Of a DNA stretch of 64,000 bases, positions 10,615 to 20,815 are shown in pieces. The stretch's first letter is position 1. Each line of letters begins with the position of its first letter. Below the pieces are notes generated by a model. That model saw nothing but the letters and a program-made list of their open reading frames with translations. It was not told the origin of the DNA and searched no databases. The translations under genes and the position numbers were made by a program. This DNA comes from an uncultured Halobacteriales archaeon (GTDB lineage: Archaea; Halobacteriota; Halobacteria; Halobacteriales; Hikarchaeaceae): contig CAZEDI010000002.1 in the NCBI GenBank assembly GCA_964510865.1, positions 8,579 to 72,578 of the forward strand, in the 5' to 3' direction.

Positions 10615-12342
10615 TCAGGGATAGGGTCCACTGGTTCGGTCGAAGCGAGGCCGGTACCCGAGATCGCGTGGGACATGTTTTGCTCGCTCACCAAAGAAGC
10701 GTGCGCCGAGGAACCTTGGTTGCGCTTCGGGAACGAGGACACGGGCTGTCTCGAACCCCACGACCTCGAGATCACGCGTCGTCAGCCGGGATGCGTAGGC
10801 TGTCAGTCCCACGTCCGCTAGCCGGTCGAGGACGATGTCGAGTTCCACCTCACCGTCCACGTCACTGTCGTTCGCGAGGCTCGCCGCGGGGATCGACCCC
10901 GTCGCATCGAGGAATGCCTCTGCCTCTCGGGGCCGATCCGCGAATCGGCTGATCGCACTTTCCTCCTCGGCAGCTCGTTCGGGCCCCATGCGACGGAGCT
11001 CCATCCAGTTCTGGAGGGCTTCACACAGCGCCCCTGTCGCTGCGGCGGTCGGATCCAGGTCCGCGGCCGATCCGACGGCGAACTTCGGCCATTCTTCCTC
11101 GCGGTGCACGGCTACACTTACGACGGGGACGTCGATGTCCTGCGTCACGAGCAGCGGTGTGACGGTGAGATCCTCGCTTTCTGCACGCCTGGTGAGTAAC
11201 TCGAACTCTGTCCCCTCGATAGTGAGCTCAATCGGCTCGAACGTCGAGTACCACGCAATGGTGGTTGCATCGCGCTCGATCGTCTCGTAGAGCCCTGAGA
11301 GAAGTGCGCCGATCGTCGACGTTCCGAGTCCGAGCCCGGTCGTGATCGCGGGCTTGTGTCGGCGTCCCGGCGGCGGAAAGTGGACGAATTCGGCGGGGAG
11401 TACCACGTCATGCCCGTCGTGTAGGTCAACCCCGTTGACCCAGGGGATCGATTCGGCGGGGTCGGGCGGCTCGTATCCTTCCTCGGGTACCACGAACGCA
11501 GCGGGTGCCACAGCATCGTCGAGGGTGCGTGTGGGGGCCCATTGGAAGTGATCCTCGTCGTAGACCGCGGCAGCGTACCGTTCCAGACCTTCGCCGATAG
11601 CCTTCACGAACGCGCCATCCCAGCCCGCAGCGACGCCTGCTGCATGTGGCTCTGCCCGACCATCGCCGAAGGCCGTCGTCTCACAGACTGTTGCGAGATA
11701 ATACGGGGCCGGGAAGGAGTCGACTTCGCCCACGTCGGAAATCATCCCGAGCCGCGTGTCCACGACCTCCTCCGCGCGTGCAGCGGTTTCCTCGAGACCG
11801 ACGGGTTCGAACTCACGACGGATCGTGCGGTCTCGATCCCCATCGCAACTACATCCGGGTGCGGGCATGAGGTGTCGCTCGACGTATGGAACTTCGATCA
11901 CCCGATCGGGTGTGTCCGGGTTCTGTAAGACGTCGACCGCGAGGCGTCCGGCAACCGCTCCCGCAAAGCGAGCATCGCTCGAGGTATACCCTGCGTCGGT
12001 GGGATTGCTCTGCACTCCGTTCTCAGTATCCGTGTTCGCCATCACCCGAGCGTGCACACACGCATAGCAGGCTCGCTGTCCAAGGAGAGAGATTGCTGCA
12101 TCGACGCCGGAGAGCCGCTGTGACCCGATGCCACCGAGCTCGACTGCGAGCCACCGGCCCGTCCGTTCCTGCTGTACCCCCTGAAAGATGGCGTCGTCGG
12201 TGGAGCCGACCACGAGGGCGAGATCGACGTCGGTTACGTCATCGACCTCGATCTGAACGGTTTCGACGTCGATGTCGGTCGTGGCTGCGACGATCGCGGC
12301 GACGGCGGGACCACCTCCGACGACGCCGACGCGCTGGACCAT
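10615..12342 (-). CDS. YcaO-domain protein with N-terminal Rossmann-like segment
   Basis: N-terminus VGVVGGGPAVAAIVAA. YcaO-type motifs AIGEGLERYAA and GLYETIERDATTIAWY. 575 aa. Confidence 0.75.
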   Translation of the reverse strand: MVQRVGVVGGGPAVAAIVAATTDIDVETVQIEVDDVTDVDLALVVGSTDDAIFQGVQQERTGRWLAVELGGIGSQRLSGVDAAISLLGQRACYACVHARVMANTDTENGVQSNPTDAGYTSSDARFAGAVAGRLAVDVLQNPDTPDRVIEVPYVERHLMPAPGCSCDGDRDRTIRREFEPVGLEETAARAEEVVDTRLGMISDVGEVDSFPAPYYLATVCETTAFGDGRAEPHAAGVAAGWDGAFVKAIGEGLERYAAAVYDEDHFQWAPTRTLDDAVAPAAFVVPEEGYEPPDPAESIPWVNGVDLHDGHDVVLPAEFVHFPPPGRRHKPAITTGLGLGTSTIGALLSGLYETIERDATTIAWYSTFEPIELTIEGTEFELLTRRAESEDLTVTPLLVTQDIDVPVVSVAVHREEEWPKFAVGSAADLDPTAAATGALCEALQNWMELRRMGPERAAEEESAISRFADRPREAEAFLDATGSIPAASLANDSDVDGEVELDIVLDRLADVGLTAYASRLTTRDLEVVGFETARVLVPEAQPRFLGARFFGERAKHVPRDLGYRPRFDRTSGPYP

Positions 12343-12485
12343 GAGCGCGAAAGTGGTGGGGCGGAGAAAAAGCGTCCGATCGTACCGACGCTAGGATGGT
12401 TCTGCGCTACCCCTACCGCATGCCTGCGGGAAATGGGGTACTGTTCACCCGATTCGAGGGCACTCGATATGATCCAGCTGACCGA

Positions 12486-13304
12486 TCAGGACGCGCTGAT
12501 GATGCTCTGTGCGACGCTCGCGAGCTCGTCGGAACTGGCGTCCCGGAGTTTTTCGTTGCCGAACTTCAATCGCAGTCGCGGTCTGCCGACTTCGATGGGA
12601 ACCTTCTCGGTGTCGATGAGGCCCATCTCCTCGAGCGTCGTCTTGGTTCGTGAGAACGTGGCCTTGGACGCAATCCCGACGTCTTCGCCCCACTTCGAGA
12701 TATCGTAGAGCAGTTCTTCATTTTTGGCTGCGACCAGCAGACTGATCGTGACCTCGTCGAGGCCATCGCCGTTCCCCCGGGCTGTCTCGAGCGATCCCAG
12801 AACGGCATCGAAATCCTCGCGAGCAGCCTCTCCGATGTCGGTTCCGAGCGTCTCCCGTACGCGCGATAATGGTGGCGTTCGAAGCGAGAATGCGTCCGTG
12901 TCCTCCCACGTCTCCTCATAGAACGCGTACGCGCTCTCGACGAAATCACTGTCATCCGTCTCGAGGGCAGCGACAGTGTCGCCGGCGACGACCAGCGAGG
13001 TTATAGCTTCCTCAGTAACGACGAGATCCCGAGCTGGTGGGGCTTCGGCACTGCGAAGTTCGAGCACGCCAGCATCGATCAGGTCCGCGGCGTGGCTGGC
13101 CACGATGAAGTCATCGAGGACATCCTTCAGAGTCGCTTCCGCGCCGAGCAACCGAATCGCAGGGGAATCATCGATCTCGACCGCAACGTCGATCAGTGTC
13201 TCGACGACCTGGGCCGATGGACCGACGACAAAAACGGTGTCCGTCGAGTCTCCGAGCACTGTTCGTAATGCATCGTCAATACGCTCGTTCACAATCGCTG
13301 GCAT
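12486..13304 (-). CDS. Conserved haloarchaeal protein with C-terminal winged-helix (TbsP/TrmB-like regulator candidate)
   Basis: 272-aa acidic ORF. The C-terminal FSRTKTTLEEMGLIDTEKVPIEVGRPRLRL resembles a wHTH recognition helix plus wing. Confidence 0.6.
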   Translation of the reverse strand: MPAIVNERIDDALRTVLGDSTDTVFVVGPSAQVVETLIDVAVEIDDSPAIRLLGAEATLKDVLDDFIVASHAADLIDAGVLELRSAEAPPARDLVVTEEAITSLVVAGDTVAALETDDSDFVESAYAFYEETWEDTDAFSLRTPPLSRVRETLGTDIGEAAREDFDAVLGSLETARGNGDGLDEVTISLLVAAKNEELLYDISKWGEDVGIASKATFSRTKTTLEEMGLIDTEKVPIEVGRPRLRLKFGNEKLRDASSDELASVAQSIISAS

Positions 13305-13420
13305 TGTTTGTACTCTAGGGGGTTTTATCTATTTAGCATTTGCCTTGTTCGAACCTCCTTAGGGGCAATTCTATCCGGTGAATGACCATTCAACAGCTCT
13401 TTTCTTCGTTGAATACGCAG

Positions 13421-15025
13421 TCACATCGTGATGGATTCCGCCGCGAGACGCTCGTGAAGATCGGTTGCATCGACCATGTGACCTTCGTATTCTAGTGGGA
13501 CGTCTGCACGGTGGAGGTACTCGAGAAGCTCCGAGCGCGTTACTGTCACCGCAAGCTCGCGAACGTTCCCGTTCCCCTCAAGAACAAATGTGAACCGATC
13601 CGAGTCGCGTCGCTTTATTCGTCCCCCCGGGAGATCGTCACACCCGAGCGCATAGGTGCCGTCACCGACGACGACGTAATCCTTATTCATAATCGCTCGC
13701 CTGCGGGCGATCCGGAGCGCGCGCTCGATACAGAACCCACACATGACGAGCTGGGCGAACGCGGTCCCCACTTTCGCAGCTTGATCGTCTATGACCGGAT
13801 TGAGCGTTACCGCGCCGGCGATGCTTCCATTCCTGATGAGTGATTGTCCCTCGTGATACGATCCACAGGCGTTCAGGAGAAACGTTCGAATGCGACTCTG
13901 TTCGATTGTATCGATAGGGAGGTTCCCGTCAGCACAGCGGAGTCCCCCTTCGTCGCAGTGGCCGACGTAATGGAGGAAGGTGGCGGGCCGTTCGAGGACC
14001 TCGGAGAGTTCCTCGCAGGTAAGCTTCCGTTTGACCGTCACGTCGATTCCATGCGTCTCGGCACGATCCCGGTAGATGTGCTCTACCCTGCTAACCTCTT
14101 CGGCCATCGCGGATTCGTTGAGCACGACAGTCACGGCCATCTCGTCATCCTGGTCGCGGTACGCGAGGCGGTTTTCGTAGGCTGTCGTGGTTGCCTTGAA
14201 CGCATCGACAGCCACCCCGTCTGCGAGCCAGCCGCGGACGTGGCCGCGACGTCGCGTCGGCGAGACGAGATCGACAGTAACCTCCGGTGGGCAGTGCGCC
14301 CGGTAGAAATCCTCGAGTGAGCGTTGAATGAGTTCGTCTCGTTCCACGGTCGCAGCTTCGGGGACGAATATTGCGCACGGGCGCTCGAGAAGGTACGGCA
14401 GGACGGACACGTTCGCATAGGTGGGATCGACGTACATCGCGAGGTCCATGCCCTGGCCGACAGACCATGATTTCGTGAAAGAGGCATCGAAGTACGCGGC
14501 TAGTCGGTCGGCCGGTCTTGCCCGTCTCGCCCAGTCGCCATCGATACCGACGGTAGCTCGGAGACCGTCACCATCTCCCCTCCCTTCGACGGCCAGCCGA
14601 TCGAGCGCAACGATCCGGTTCAAGAGATCTGCGACCGCATCCTGTAGCTCCGGCATGGGGGGGAGTGACCGCTCGACACCCCGATCGGGTATGCTAATCT
14701 GGGGGACATCACCGTGTTCGATGGTGACCGCTCCCCCCAGATAGTGGGCGAGCGGTGCGATGACGAAGAGACTCTCTAGATCGGGTGGGACGACACATCG
14801 GACGTCACCACACGAATCTCGCGTCACCGCCCCACTGCCATCTGCTTCGACGTCGATCGTCCGGGCATTCCCCGAGGTCGGCTCAATCGAGGTTTCGGGA
14901 AGTGCACCGCTGTTCTGTGCGCTCAGATGGGAGAGAGCACCCGCAACGCCGACCGGGGTCGGTGGAACGACGACGTGCGATCCGTCGCTCTCGCGACCAT
15001 CCCGCTCGGACCCCACGACCTGCAT
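13421..15025 (-). CDS. Large cytoplasmic protein with C-terminal CHAT/caspase-like His-Cys domain
   Basis: FLHYVGHCDEGGLRCADGNL ... RTFLLNACGSYHEG matches the CHAT pattern (GH ... hydrophobic strand-AC-S). 534 aa. Confidence 0.6.
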   Translation of the reverse strand: MQVVGSERDGRESDGSHVVVPPTPVGVAGALSHLSAQNSGALPETSIEPTSGNARTIDVEADGSGAVTRDSCGDVRCVVPPDLESLFVIAPLAHYLGGAVTIEHGDVPQISIPDRGVERSLPPMPELQDAVADLLNRIVALDRLAVEGRGDGDGLRATVGIDGDWARRARPADRLAAYFDASFTKSWSVGQGMDLAMYVDPTYANVSVLPYLLERPCAIFVPEAATVERDELIQRSLEDFYRAHCPPEVTVDLVSPTRRRGHVRGWLADGVAVDAFKATTTAYENRLAYRDQDDEMAVTVVLNESAMAEEVSRVEHIYRDRAETHGIDVTVKRKLTCEELSEVLERPATFLHYVGHCDEGGLRCADGNLPIDTIEQSRIRTFLLNACGSYHEGQSLIRNGSIAGAVTLNPVIDDQAAKVGTAFAQLVMCGFCIERALRIARRRAIMNKDYVVVGDGTYALGCDDLPGGRIKRRDSDRFTFVLEGNGNVRELAVTVTRSELLEYLHRADVPLEYEGHMVDATDLHERLAAESITM

Positions 15026-15204
15026 GTGGATCGGTAGCTATGCACGACGGGGCATATAGTTCTATCTCAGTTTGTCTTCGAACGGTCGCATATCGAGATG
15101 GAATACACTCGCTTGCACGTTCTAGAGCGTATTGTCCCAGTCGTCGACGCTGTCCGTGCGATGACAAAGGAGCACTTATGCCCGGCGGGGATTGCACTCG
15201 ACGT

Positions 15205-16452
15205 ATGCGCCACGACCGCGTTCGGGAGGTCGACCCAGCCGTCGCAGATGCGCTCGACGCCGAAGTCGAGCGACAACGCGATACGCTCGCGATGATCGCC
15301 TCGGAGAACCACGTCAGCGAGGCTGTTCTCGAGGCACAGGGGACTGTCCTCACCAACAAGTACGCAGAGGGCTATCCCGGTTCACGCTATTATGGCGGCT
15401 GTGAACACGTCGATACGGTCGAACAACTCGCGATCGATCGAGCGAAGAGGCTCTGGGGAGCGGAGTACGTTAACGTCCAGCCTCATTCGGGCTCGCAGGC
15501 CAACATGGGGGTCTATCTCGCCGTGCTCGATCCCGGCGACAAGATCCTCTCGCTGGATTTGACCCACGGTGGCCACCTCTCCCACGGCCACCCGAAGAAC
15601 TTCGCCGGCCAGGTGTACGAGGTCGAGCAGTACGAAGTCGATCCCGAGACCGGCTACCTGGATTACGACGCGATCCTCGAGCAGGCACGGTCGTTCGATC
15701 CTGACCTGATCGTTTCGGGCTATTCAGCGTATCCCCGTCAGCCCGAGTGGGAACGCTTTCGCGAGATCGCCGACGAGGTGGATGCCTACCACATGGCGGA
15801 TATCGCACACATCACGGGGCTCGTAGCCGCTGGCGTCCACCCCAATCCCGTCCCCCACGCGGACTTCGTCACCGGCTCGACGCACAAAACGATTCGGGCT
15901 GGTCGAGGCGGCATCATCATGGCCGAAGAGCAGTACGGGGACGCGATCAATAGTGCGATCATTCCAGGCATGCAGGGTGGACCGCTCATGCACAATATCG
16001 CCGGCAAGGCGGTCGGCTTCTACGAGGCTCTCCAGCCCGACTTCGAGGACTACGCGGAGCAGACGGTCGCCAACGCGCGGGCCCTTGCCGAGACGCTTCG
16101 GGAGAATGGCTTCGAGCTCGTCTCTGGCGGGACGGATACCCACCTCGTGCTGGTCGATCTCCGCCCGTCGCATCAAAACGTAACGGGAAAGGATGCCGAG
16201 GAAGCCCTCGAGGATGTCGGGATCGTTCTGAATGCGAATACCGTCCCCGGTGAAACCCGCTCACCATTTGTTGCGTCGGGCATCCGCGCTGGAACGCCTG
16301 CGCTGACAACCCGGGGCTTCGACGACGCGGATCTCCGGGTCGTCGGGGAATGCATCGCCCGAGTCATCGACAACATCGACGACGAATCGGTCAAAGCAGA
16401 CGTCTCGGAAACACTCTCCGAACTGTGTGACGCGAACCCGCTCTACGAGTGA
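15205..16452 (+). CDS. glyA: Serine hydroxymethyltransferase
   Basis: IASENHVS, LTNKYAEGYPGSRYYGG, TGSTHKTIRAGRGG (PLP lysine motif). Start set at ATG 15205 (alternative 15178). The ORF-track N-terminal extension from 14785 is Arg-rich and antisense to the CHAT-like gene. Confidence 0.9.
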   Translation: MRHDRVREVDPAVADALDAEVERQRDTLAMIASENHVSEAVLEAQGTVLTNKYAEGYPGSRYYGGCEHVDTVEQLAIDRAKRLWGAEYVNVQPHSGSQANMGVYLAVLDPGDKILSLDLTHGGHLSHGHPKNFAGQVYEVEQYEVDPETGYLDYDAILEQARSFDPDLIVSGYSAYPRQPEWERFREIADEVDAYHMADIAHITGLVAAGVHPNPVPHADFVTGSTHKTIRAGRGGIIMAEEQYGDAINSAIIPGMQGGPLMHNIAGKAVGFYEALQPDFEDYAEQTVANARALAETLRENGFELVSGGTDTHLVLVDLRPSHQNVTGKDAEEALEDVGIVLNANTVPGETRSPFVASGIRAGTPALTTRGFDDADLRVVGECIARVIDNIDDESVKADVSETLSELCDANPLYE

Positions 16453-16562
16453 TGACTGCCGAGCGTCGAGCGCAGACATAGGTCGATCCATAGTCGGTCC
16501 AAGACACCCTCTCTAGAACTGAGTCACACTCCTCGAGCGAGGGTTCGATCCGCATTCCGTTG

Positions 16563-16601
16563 GTCGAGGGAGAAACGGACCGAGAAACCCGTTCCCTCGA
16601 C
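16563..16601. terminator. Inverted repeat between convergent glyA and lipoprotein genes
   Basis: gtcgaggga (16563-16571) pairs with tccctcgac (16593-16601). It lies between two convergent stop codons. Function is inferred. Confidence 0.3.
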
Positions 16602-16604
16602 TGC

Positions 16605-17369
16605 TCACCCGGACTGGTAGTCGACGAGTTCCAGCTCCACTTGGATCGATCCCTCGTCGTATATCGCGACATACGGGGAGAGCCCGTGGTCGGGCGAGAC
16701 ACAGAATTCTCCTTGCGTTTGTCCGTCGACTGACACCTCTATCAGATAGCACCCCACTCCCGCGTAGGTGTCCTGACTCGTAACCTCGTATCGGAGTGTC
16801 TGGCCATCTGCCGTGTACTCCCAGGAGGCCCCTTCCTGGAACTGACCGGCCATCTGGATACCCATGAGCGCGGGGTTGAACAGGCCGAGCGCCACCATAC
16901 CGCCAACGGGGGACTGCATCAATTGGGCGCGAACTTGTTCTTGTGTCCCAGTGATCTCTTGGCGAAACGTCTGCTCTCCCGTCCGGAAGACCGTTCCTAC
17001 TGTCACCTCGTCCCCCGAAACAGACGAGATGTTCAGCTCCATCGTCGCGGTTTCCCCGTTAGCCTGTCGAAGCTCGTATTCGTACGTCCCTGGTCGTTCG
17101 AACTCGAAGAAGTTCCAGGTGACCTCACCTGGCGTTCCCGACTCGGCGGTCTGTGTCGACGTTTCCGCTGGCGAGGACGTGGGCGTCGGTGACGGAGACG
17201 ACTGTGCTTCGGATACGGTGGGGGATGCCGTCGGGGACGCAGTCGGGGAGTCTGTTTCAGCCGAGATATCCGTATCAGTCGGCGTGGGCGTTGTTTCGTC
17301 GCTACCGCCACAGCCGGCAAGCATAACGAGAACGACAACAGCGAGTGCGAGCACCGTTGTATGTCGCAT
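16605..17369 (-). CDS. Lipoprotein with Thr/Pro/Ser-rich linker
   Basis: Start set at ATG 17369 (MRHTTVLALAVVVLVMLAGCGGS, a lipobox), followed by a TPTPTDTD...SPTASPTASP linker. The upstream ORF extension is Arg-rich. Confidence 0.7.
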   Translation of the reverse strand: MRHTTVLALAVVVLVMLAGCGGSDETTPTPTDTDISAETDSPTASPTASPTVSEAQSSPSPTPTSSPAETSTQTAESGTPGEVTWNFFEFERPGTYEYELRQANGETATMELNISSVSGDEVTVGTVFRTGEQTFRQEITGTQEQVRAQLMQSPVGGMVALGLFNPALMGIQMAGQFQEGASWEYTADGQTLRYEVTSQDTYAGVGCYLIEVSVDGQTQGEFCVSPDHGLSPYVAIYDEGSIQVELELVDYQSG

Positions 17370-17488
17370 ACGGAGTCCCGGGCGCCCGAAATCATAGTAA
17401 GAGAGAGCCTTCTCCGGAGTAAGTGCACGACATAGTGATAGGTCAGCTATAACAGTCCTTATGTCCTCAGGGTGCACGTCTCGAACTG

Positions 17489-18379
17489 ATGACGGACGTA
17501 CTCGACGGGAACGCGATCGCCGCCGACCTGCGCGACTCCTTGGCCGCGTCAATCGATGTACTCACCGACGCTGGCGTGACGCCAGGACTCGCAACGGTGC
17601 TCATGAGCACCGATCCGGCGAGCGAGACATACGTCTCCCTCAAGCAGCGAGACTGTGAGGAGGTGGGGATCGATGGGATCCACGTCGAGGTCGACCCGGA
17701 CGCACCTGCACAGGAACTCTACGACACGATCGACGATCTCAACCACGATCCGGCAGTACACGGAATCCTCGTACAGACGCCGATCGCCGACCAGGTCGAC
17801 TACGACGAGGTCGTCCAACGGCTCGATCCACTCAAGGACGTGGACGGGTTTCACCCCGAAAACGTCGGCCGTCTCGTCGGTGGAGATGCCCGATTCAAAC
17901 CCTGTACTCCCCACGGTGTGCAGGTACTGCTCGACCGTGCCGGCGTCGATCCGGAGGGCAAACACGCGGTCGTCATTGGGCGCTCACGGATCGTCGGCAA
18001 ACCAATGGCGAACCTGTTCATCCAGCGCGATGACGGCGGGAATGCAACGACGACGATCTGCCACTCACGAACGGCCGATCTCGGCGCCACGACTCGCGAG
18101 GCCGACATCGTCGTTGCTGCAGCGGGCGTTCCGGAACTCGTCGACGGCTCCATGCTCTCCGACGGGGTCGTCGTGATCGACGTTGGATATAACCGGGTCG
18201 AGCGGGACGGCGAAACCGTCACCGTGGGAGACGTGGATTTCGAGAGCGCACGGGCGAAGGCGAGTACTATCACGCCGGTCCCTGGCGGCGTAGGTCCCAT
18301 GACACGTGCGATGCTATTATACAACACGGTGAAAGCTGCTGGTCTCCAGACCAACGTTGACGTCGACCTGCCGACCTGA
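17489..18379 (+). CDS. folD: Bifunctional methylenetetrahydrofolate dehydrogenase/cyclohydrolase
   Basis: 296 aa with YVSLKQRDCEEVGI, HGILVQTPI, VVIGRSRIVGKPMANL and TPVPGGVGPMT. Confidence 0.9.
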   Translation: MTDVLDGNAIAADLRDSLAASIDVLTDAGVTPGLATVLMSTDPASETYVSLKQRDCEEVGIDGIHVEVDPDAPAQELYDTIDDLNHDPAVHGILVQTPIADQVDYDEVVQRLDPLKDVDGFHPENVGRLVGGDARFKPCTPHGVQVLLDRAGVDPEGKHAVVIGRSRIVGKPMANLFIQRDDGGNATTTICHSRTADLGATTREADIVVAAAGVPELVDGSMLSDGVVVIDVGYNRVERDGETVTVGDVDFESARAKASTITPVPGGVGPMTRAMLLYNTVKAAGLQTNVDVDLPT

Positions 18380-18420
18380 GCCGCCGTTCCGCTTTCCTCG
18401 TGTTTATCGCGTAGCGAAGA

Positions 18421-19359
18421 ATGCCCCCGAGTATGGACGACGATCTCCATCCGCTGGTCCAGGAGGTACTCGAACGACGTACGTCCCTCCCCACCGTCGA
18501 CGAGCTCGAGCCGGAGGCGGCCCGCGCCCAGCTCCGGGATCTGTCTGCTGACCCAGGCGAACCCCAGGTCGGAACAGTACACGATACGAGTGTTCCTGGC
18601 CCTGCCGGTGCGATTCCCGTGCGGGTATACGAACCACCTGGAGAGGGCCCTTCCCCGACCCTCGCCTACTTTCACGGCGGGGGGTGGGTGATCGGTGATC
18701 GCGACACGCACGACCGGCTCTGCCGGACGCTGACACTGGCGACCGATCGCCTCGTCGTATCGGTGGAGTATCGTCTCGCTCCCGAACACCCCTTCCCGGC
18801 AGCAGTCGAGGACTGCTGGACAGTAACGACCTGGCTCGCCTCACATGCCGATGAGTGGGGCGGTGATCCAACCCGCCTTGCGATCGCAGGTGACAGCGCA
18901 GGGGGAAACCTCGCGGCAGTTGTTGCCCTCCTGGCTCGCGATCGAGACGGCCCGACACTCGATCGACAGATCCTGCTCTATCCCGTGGTCGATGACGACC
19001 CCGATAGATACGAATCGTATGAGGACTTCGGGCACGGCTACGGTCTCGAACGCTCGGAAATGCGGTGGTTCGTTGATCACTATCTAGACAGTCACGTTCA
19101 TCGCCGTAATCCGTATGCGCTCCCGATGAATGCCTGCACCCTCGCGGATCTCGCGCCGGCGACGGTGATCACGGCTGGGTTCGACCCCCTCCGGGACGAA
19201 GCCGCCGCCTATGCCGAACGTCTCCGTGCTGATGGGGTCCCAGTAACATACGAAGATGTTGGCGATGTTCACCACGGGTTTGCAGGCATGCTCCAGGAAC
19301 CGTTTGATCTGGACCGCGCACGGGAGACGATCGAGCTGATAGCGACTGACTTGGCGTAG
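18421..19359 (+). CDS. Alpha/beta hydrolase (HSL-type esterase/lipase)
   Basis: Oxyanion motif HGGGW, nucleophile elbow GDSAGGNLA, and late Asp/His (DPLRDE, HHGF). Confidence 0.85.
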   Translation: MPPSMDDDLHPLVQEVLERRTSLPTVDELEPEAARAQLRDLSADPGEPQVGTVHDTSVPGPAGAIPVRVYEPPGEGPSPTLAYFHGGGWVIGDRDTHDRLCRTLTLATDRLVVSVEYRLAPEHPFPAAVEDCWTVTTWLASHADEWGGDPTRLAIAGDSAGGNLAAVVALLARDRDGPTLDRQILLYPVVDDDPDRYESYEDFGHGYGLERSEMRWFVDHYLDSHVHRRNPYALPMNACTLADLAPATVITAGFDPLRDEAAAYAERLRADGVPVTYEDVGDVHHGFAGMLQEPFDLDRARETIELIATDLA

Positions 19360-19369
19360 GTTTTCGAAC

Positions 19370-20077
19370 TCACCTATCTTCGAGACGATCACGTGCCCTC
19401 GCGAGTGCCATTTCGTCGCCCTCGCGGAGGTACTCCCCTATGTCACGTGCAATGGCGACGAGCCGGTCAGCCTCCGCCGGTGGGACGTCACCGTCTAACG
19501 CGTGTATCCGTCTGACCCACTCGCGGAGCGAACCCAGCGTCTCGCGTGCAGCTTTGTCCGGGTGCTCCTCGAGCCATTGAGCGATGTCGCGTCGGTATGC
19601 ATCGAGAACTGTTGCCGTTGCAAGCCCTCGGGCTGCATACAGTGATTCGGGTGGTGCTCCAGGGCGCTCGCCACGGGGTGCATCGCGAATGAGTTCGAGG
19701 AAGTACGCCTCCTCCTCGTCCGTGGGGGTATCGATCGAGCGGCGGAGCTCGGCTGCGACGTGGCGGAGTTCCGCAGCGGCGAGGACACCATCGTCCACTG
19801 GTTGAAGCTCGCCTGCGTTGACGAATCCCCGGGCTGTCACATAGTCCCGCGAGCGTGTCTCGACGTCGGCCGCGATCTCGCGAAGGGGGCGAGTGTCCAG
19901 TTCCGAGACAAGATCTACGAGATCGAGTTCGACCGGGGAATCAGTGTGAATCTGTCCCTCGTCCTCTACCCCGACACTGTGCATGCTCCCGCAGGTCGGA
20001 CAGGTCACCTCACCGGTTTCGTAATACGACCACTCGTCGCCACACTCCGCACACTGACGATGCCCCCGAATCCGCAT
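19370..20077 (-). CDS. Zinc-ribbon protein, conserved hypothetical
   Basis: N-terminal CAECGDEWSYYETGEVTCPTCGS followed by an acidic helical body. 235 aa. Confidence 0.6.
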   Translation of the reverse strand: MRIRGHRQCAECGDEWSYYETGEVTCPTCGSMHSVGVEDEGQIHTDSPVELDLVDLVSELDTRPLREIAADVETRSRDYVTARGFVNAGELQPVDDGVLAAAELRHVAAELRRSIDTPTDEEEAYFLELIRDAPRGERPGAPPESLYAARGLATATVLDAYRRDIAQWLEEHPDKAARETLGSLREWVRRIHALDGDVPPAEADRLVAIARDIGEYLREGDEMALARARDRLEDR

Positions 20078-20258
20078 ACGTCTGGGTTGGACCTCCCACG
20101 TGAAAACCTCTCCGTCGTCCTCTGATCCCTCTATTCACACCGATAGCGTGGCTGTATCATGTGACTGTCCGCCACGCAACACTTACGTGGGTACACTCGA
20201 CAAACTCGAATGATGTCATGGAGTACCCAGTCTCCGGATCACGAAATTCTGTAGCGAT

Positions 20259-20636
20259 GTGACTGTCGAGGTCGCCGGGGAGCAGTTCCACCTGACGAGA
20301 GAGGAAGCCACACAGCTGCGGGAGGGCCTCGACGAGGCCATCAGTCAACGATGGGAGTTCGCACATACGATCGGCGAACATCGTGCAGACGGCTCGTACC
20401 GGGTAGCCCGACGCCGCGCTGATTCGACTGGAAACGCCACCATCTTCGACTCCCCCGATGAGCTACTGCAGGTCTTCCATGAGCTCCCCGACACGTTCAC
20501 TGCAACGGACGTAACTCGCCCCGGTCTGAGCGGCAGCAGACGGCACCTGGTCATCCGACACATGGCAGAACATCCCGCCTTCGCATGTGACCTCGTGCGA
20601 GAACAGCCACTGACCGCCAGGAAGCGTCACCAATGA
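20259..20636 (+). CDS. Hypothetical protein
   Basis: 125-aa ORF with a GTG start and halophile-like composition. No motif recognised. Confidence 0.4.
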   Translation: MTVEVAGEQFHLTREEATQLREGLDEAISQRWEFAHTIGEHRADGSYRVARRRADSTGNATIFDSPDELLQVFHELPDTFTATDVTRPGLSGSRRHLVIRHMAEHPAFACDLVREQPLTARKRHQ

Positions 20637-20815
20637 TCAAACGTGCCGAACAATGGGTTGGTCCCGGTAGTTTTATGACGGATCGACCGGTACGTTTTCG
20701 TGACGCTTCGTCTGGAGGGCCGAAGCGTCAGCGGGGACCAATTCAGGGCGGCACGGGCCGCGATTTTCGCGGCCCGTTCCTTTTCAACCTATCCAACAGT
20801 TGATAGTGTCGTGGG

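Noticed and set aside
14785-15204. 140-aa N-terminal extension of the glyA ORF
   Set aside because: The extension is Arg/His/Ser-rich and overlaps the 5' end of the divergent CHAT-like gene. The conserved SHMT sequence begins right after ATG 15205 (or 15178).
16531-16560. T-loop-like string GGGTTCGATCC between glyA and the lipoprotein gene
   Set aside because: The flanking bases do not form a T-stem or an acceptor stem, and no cloverleaf can be drawn.
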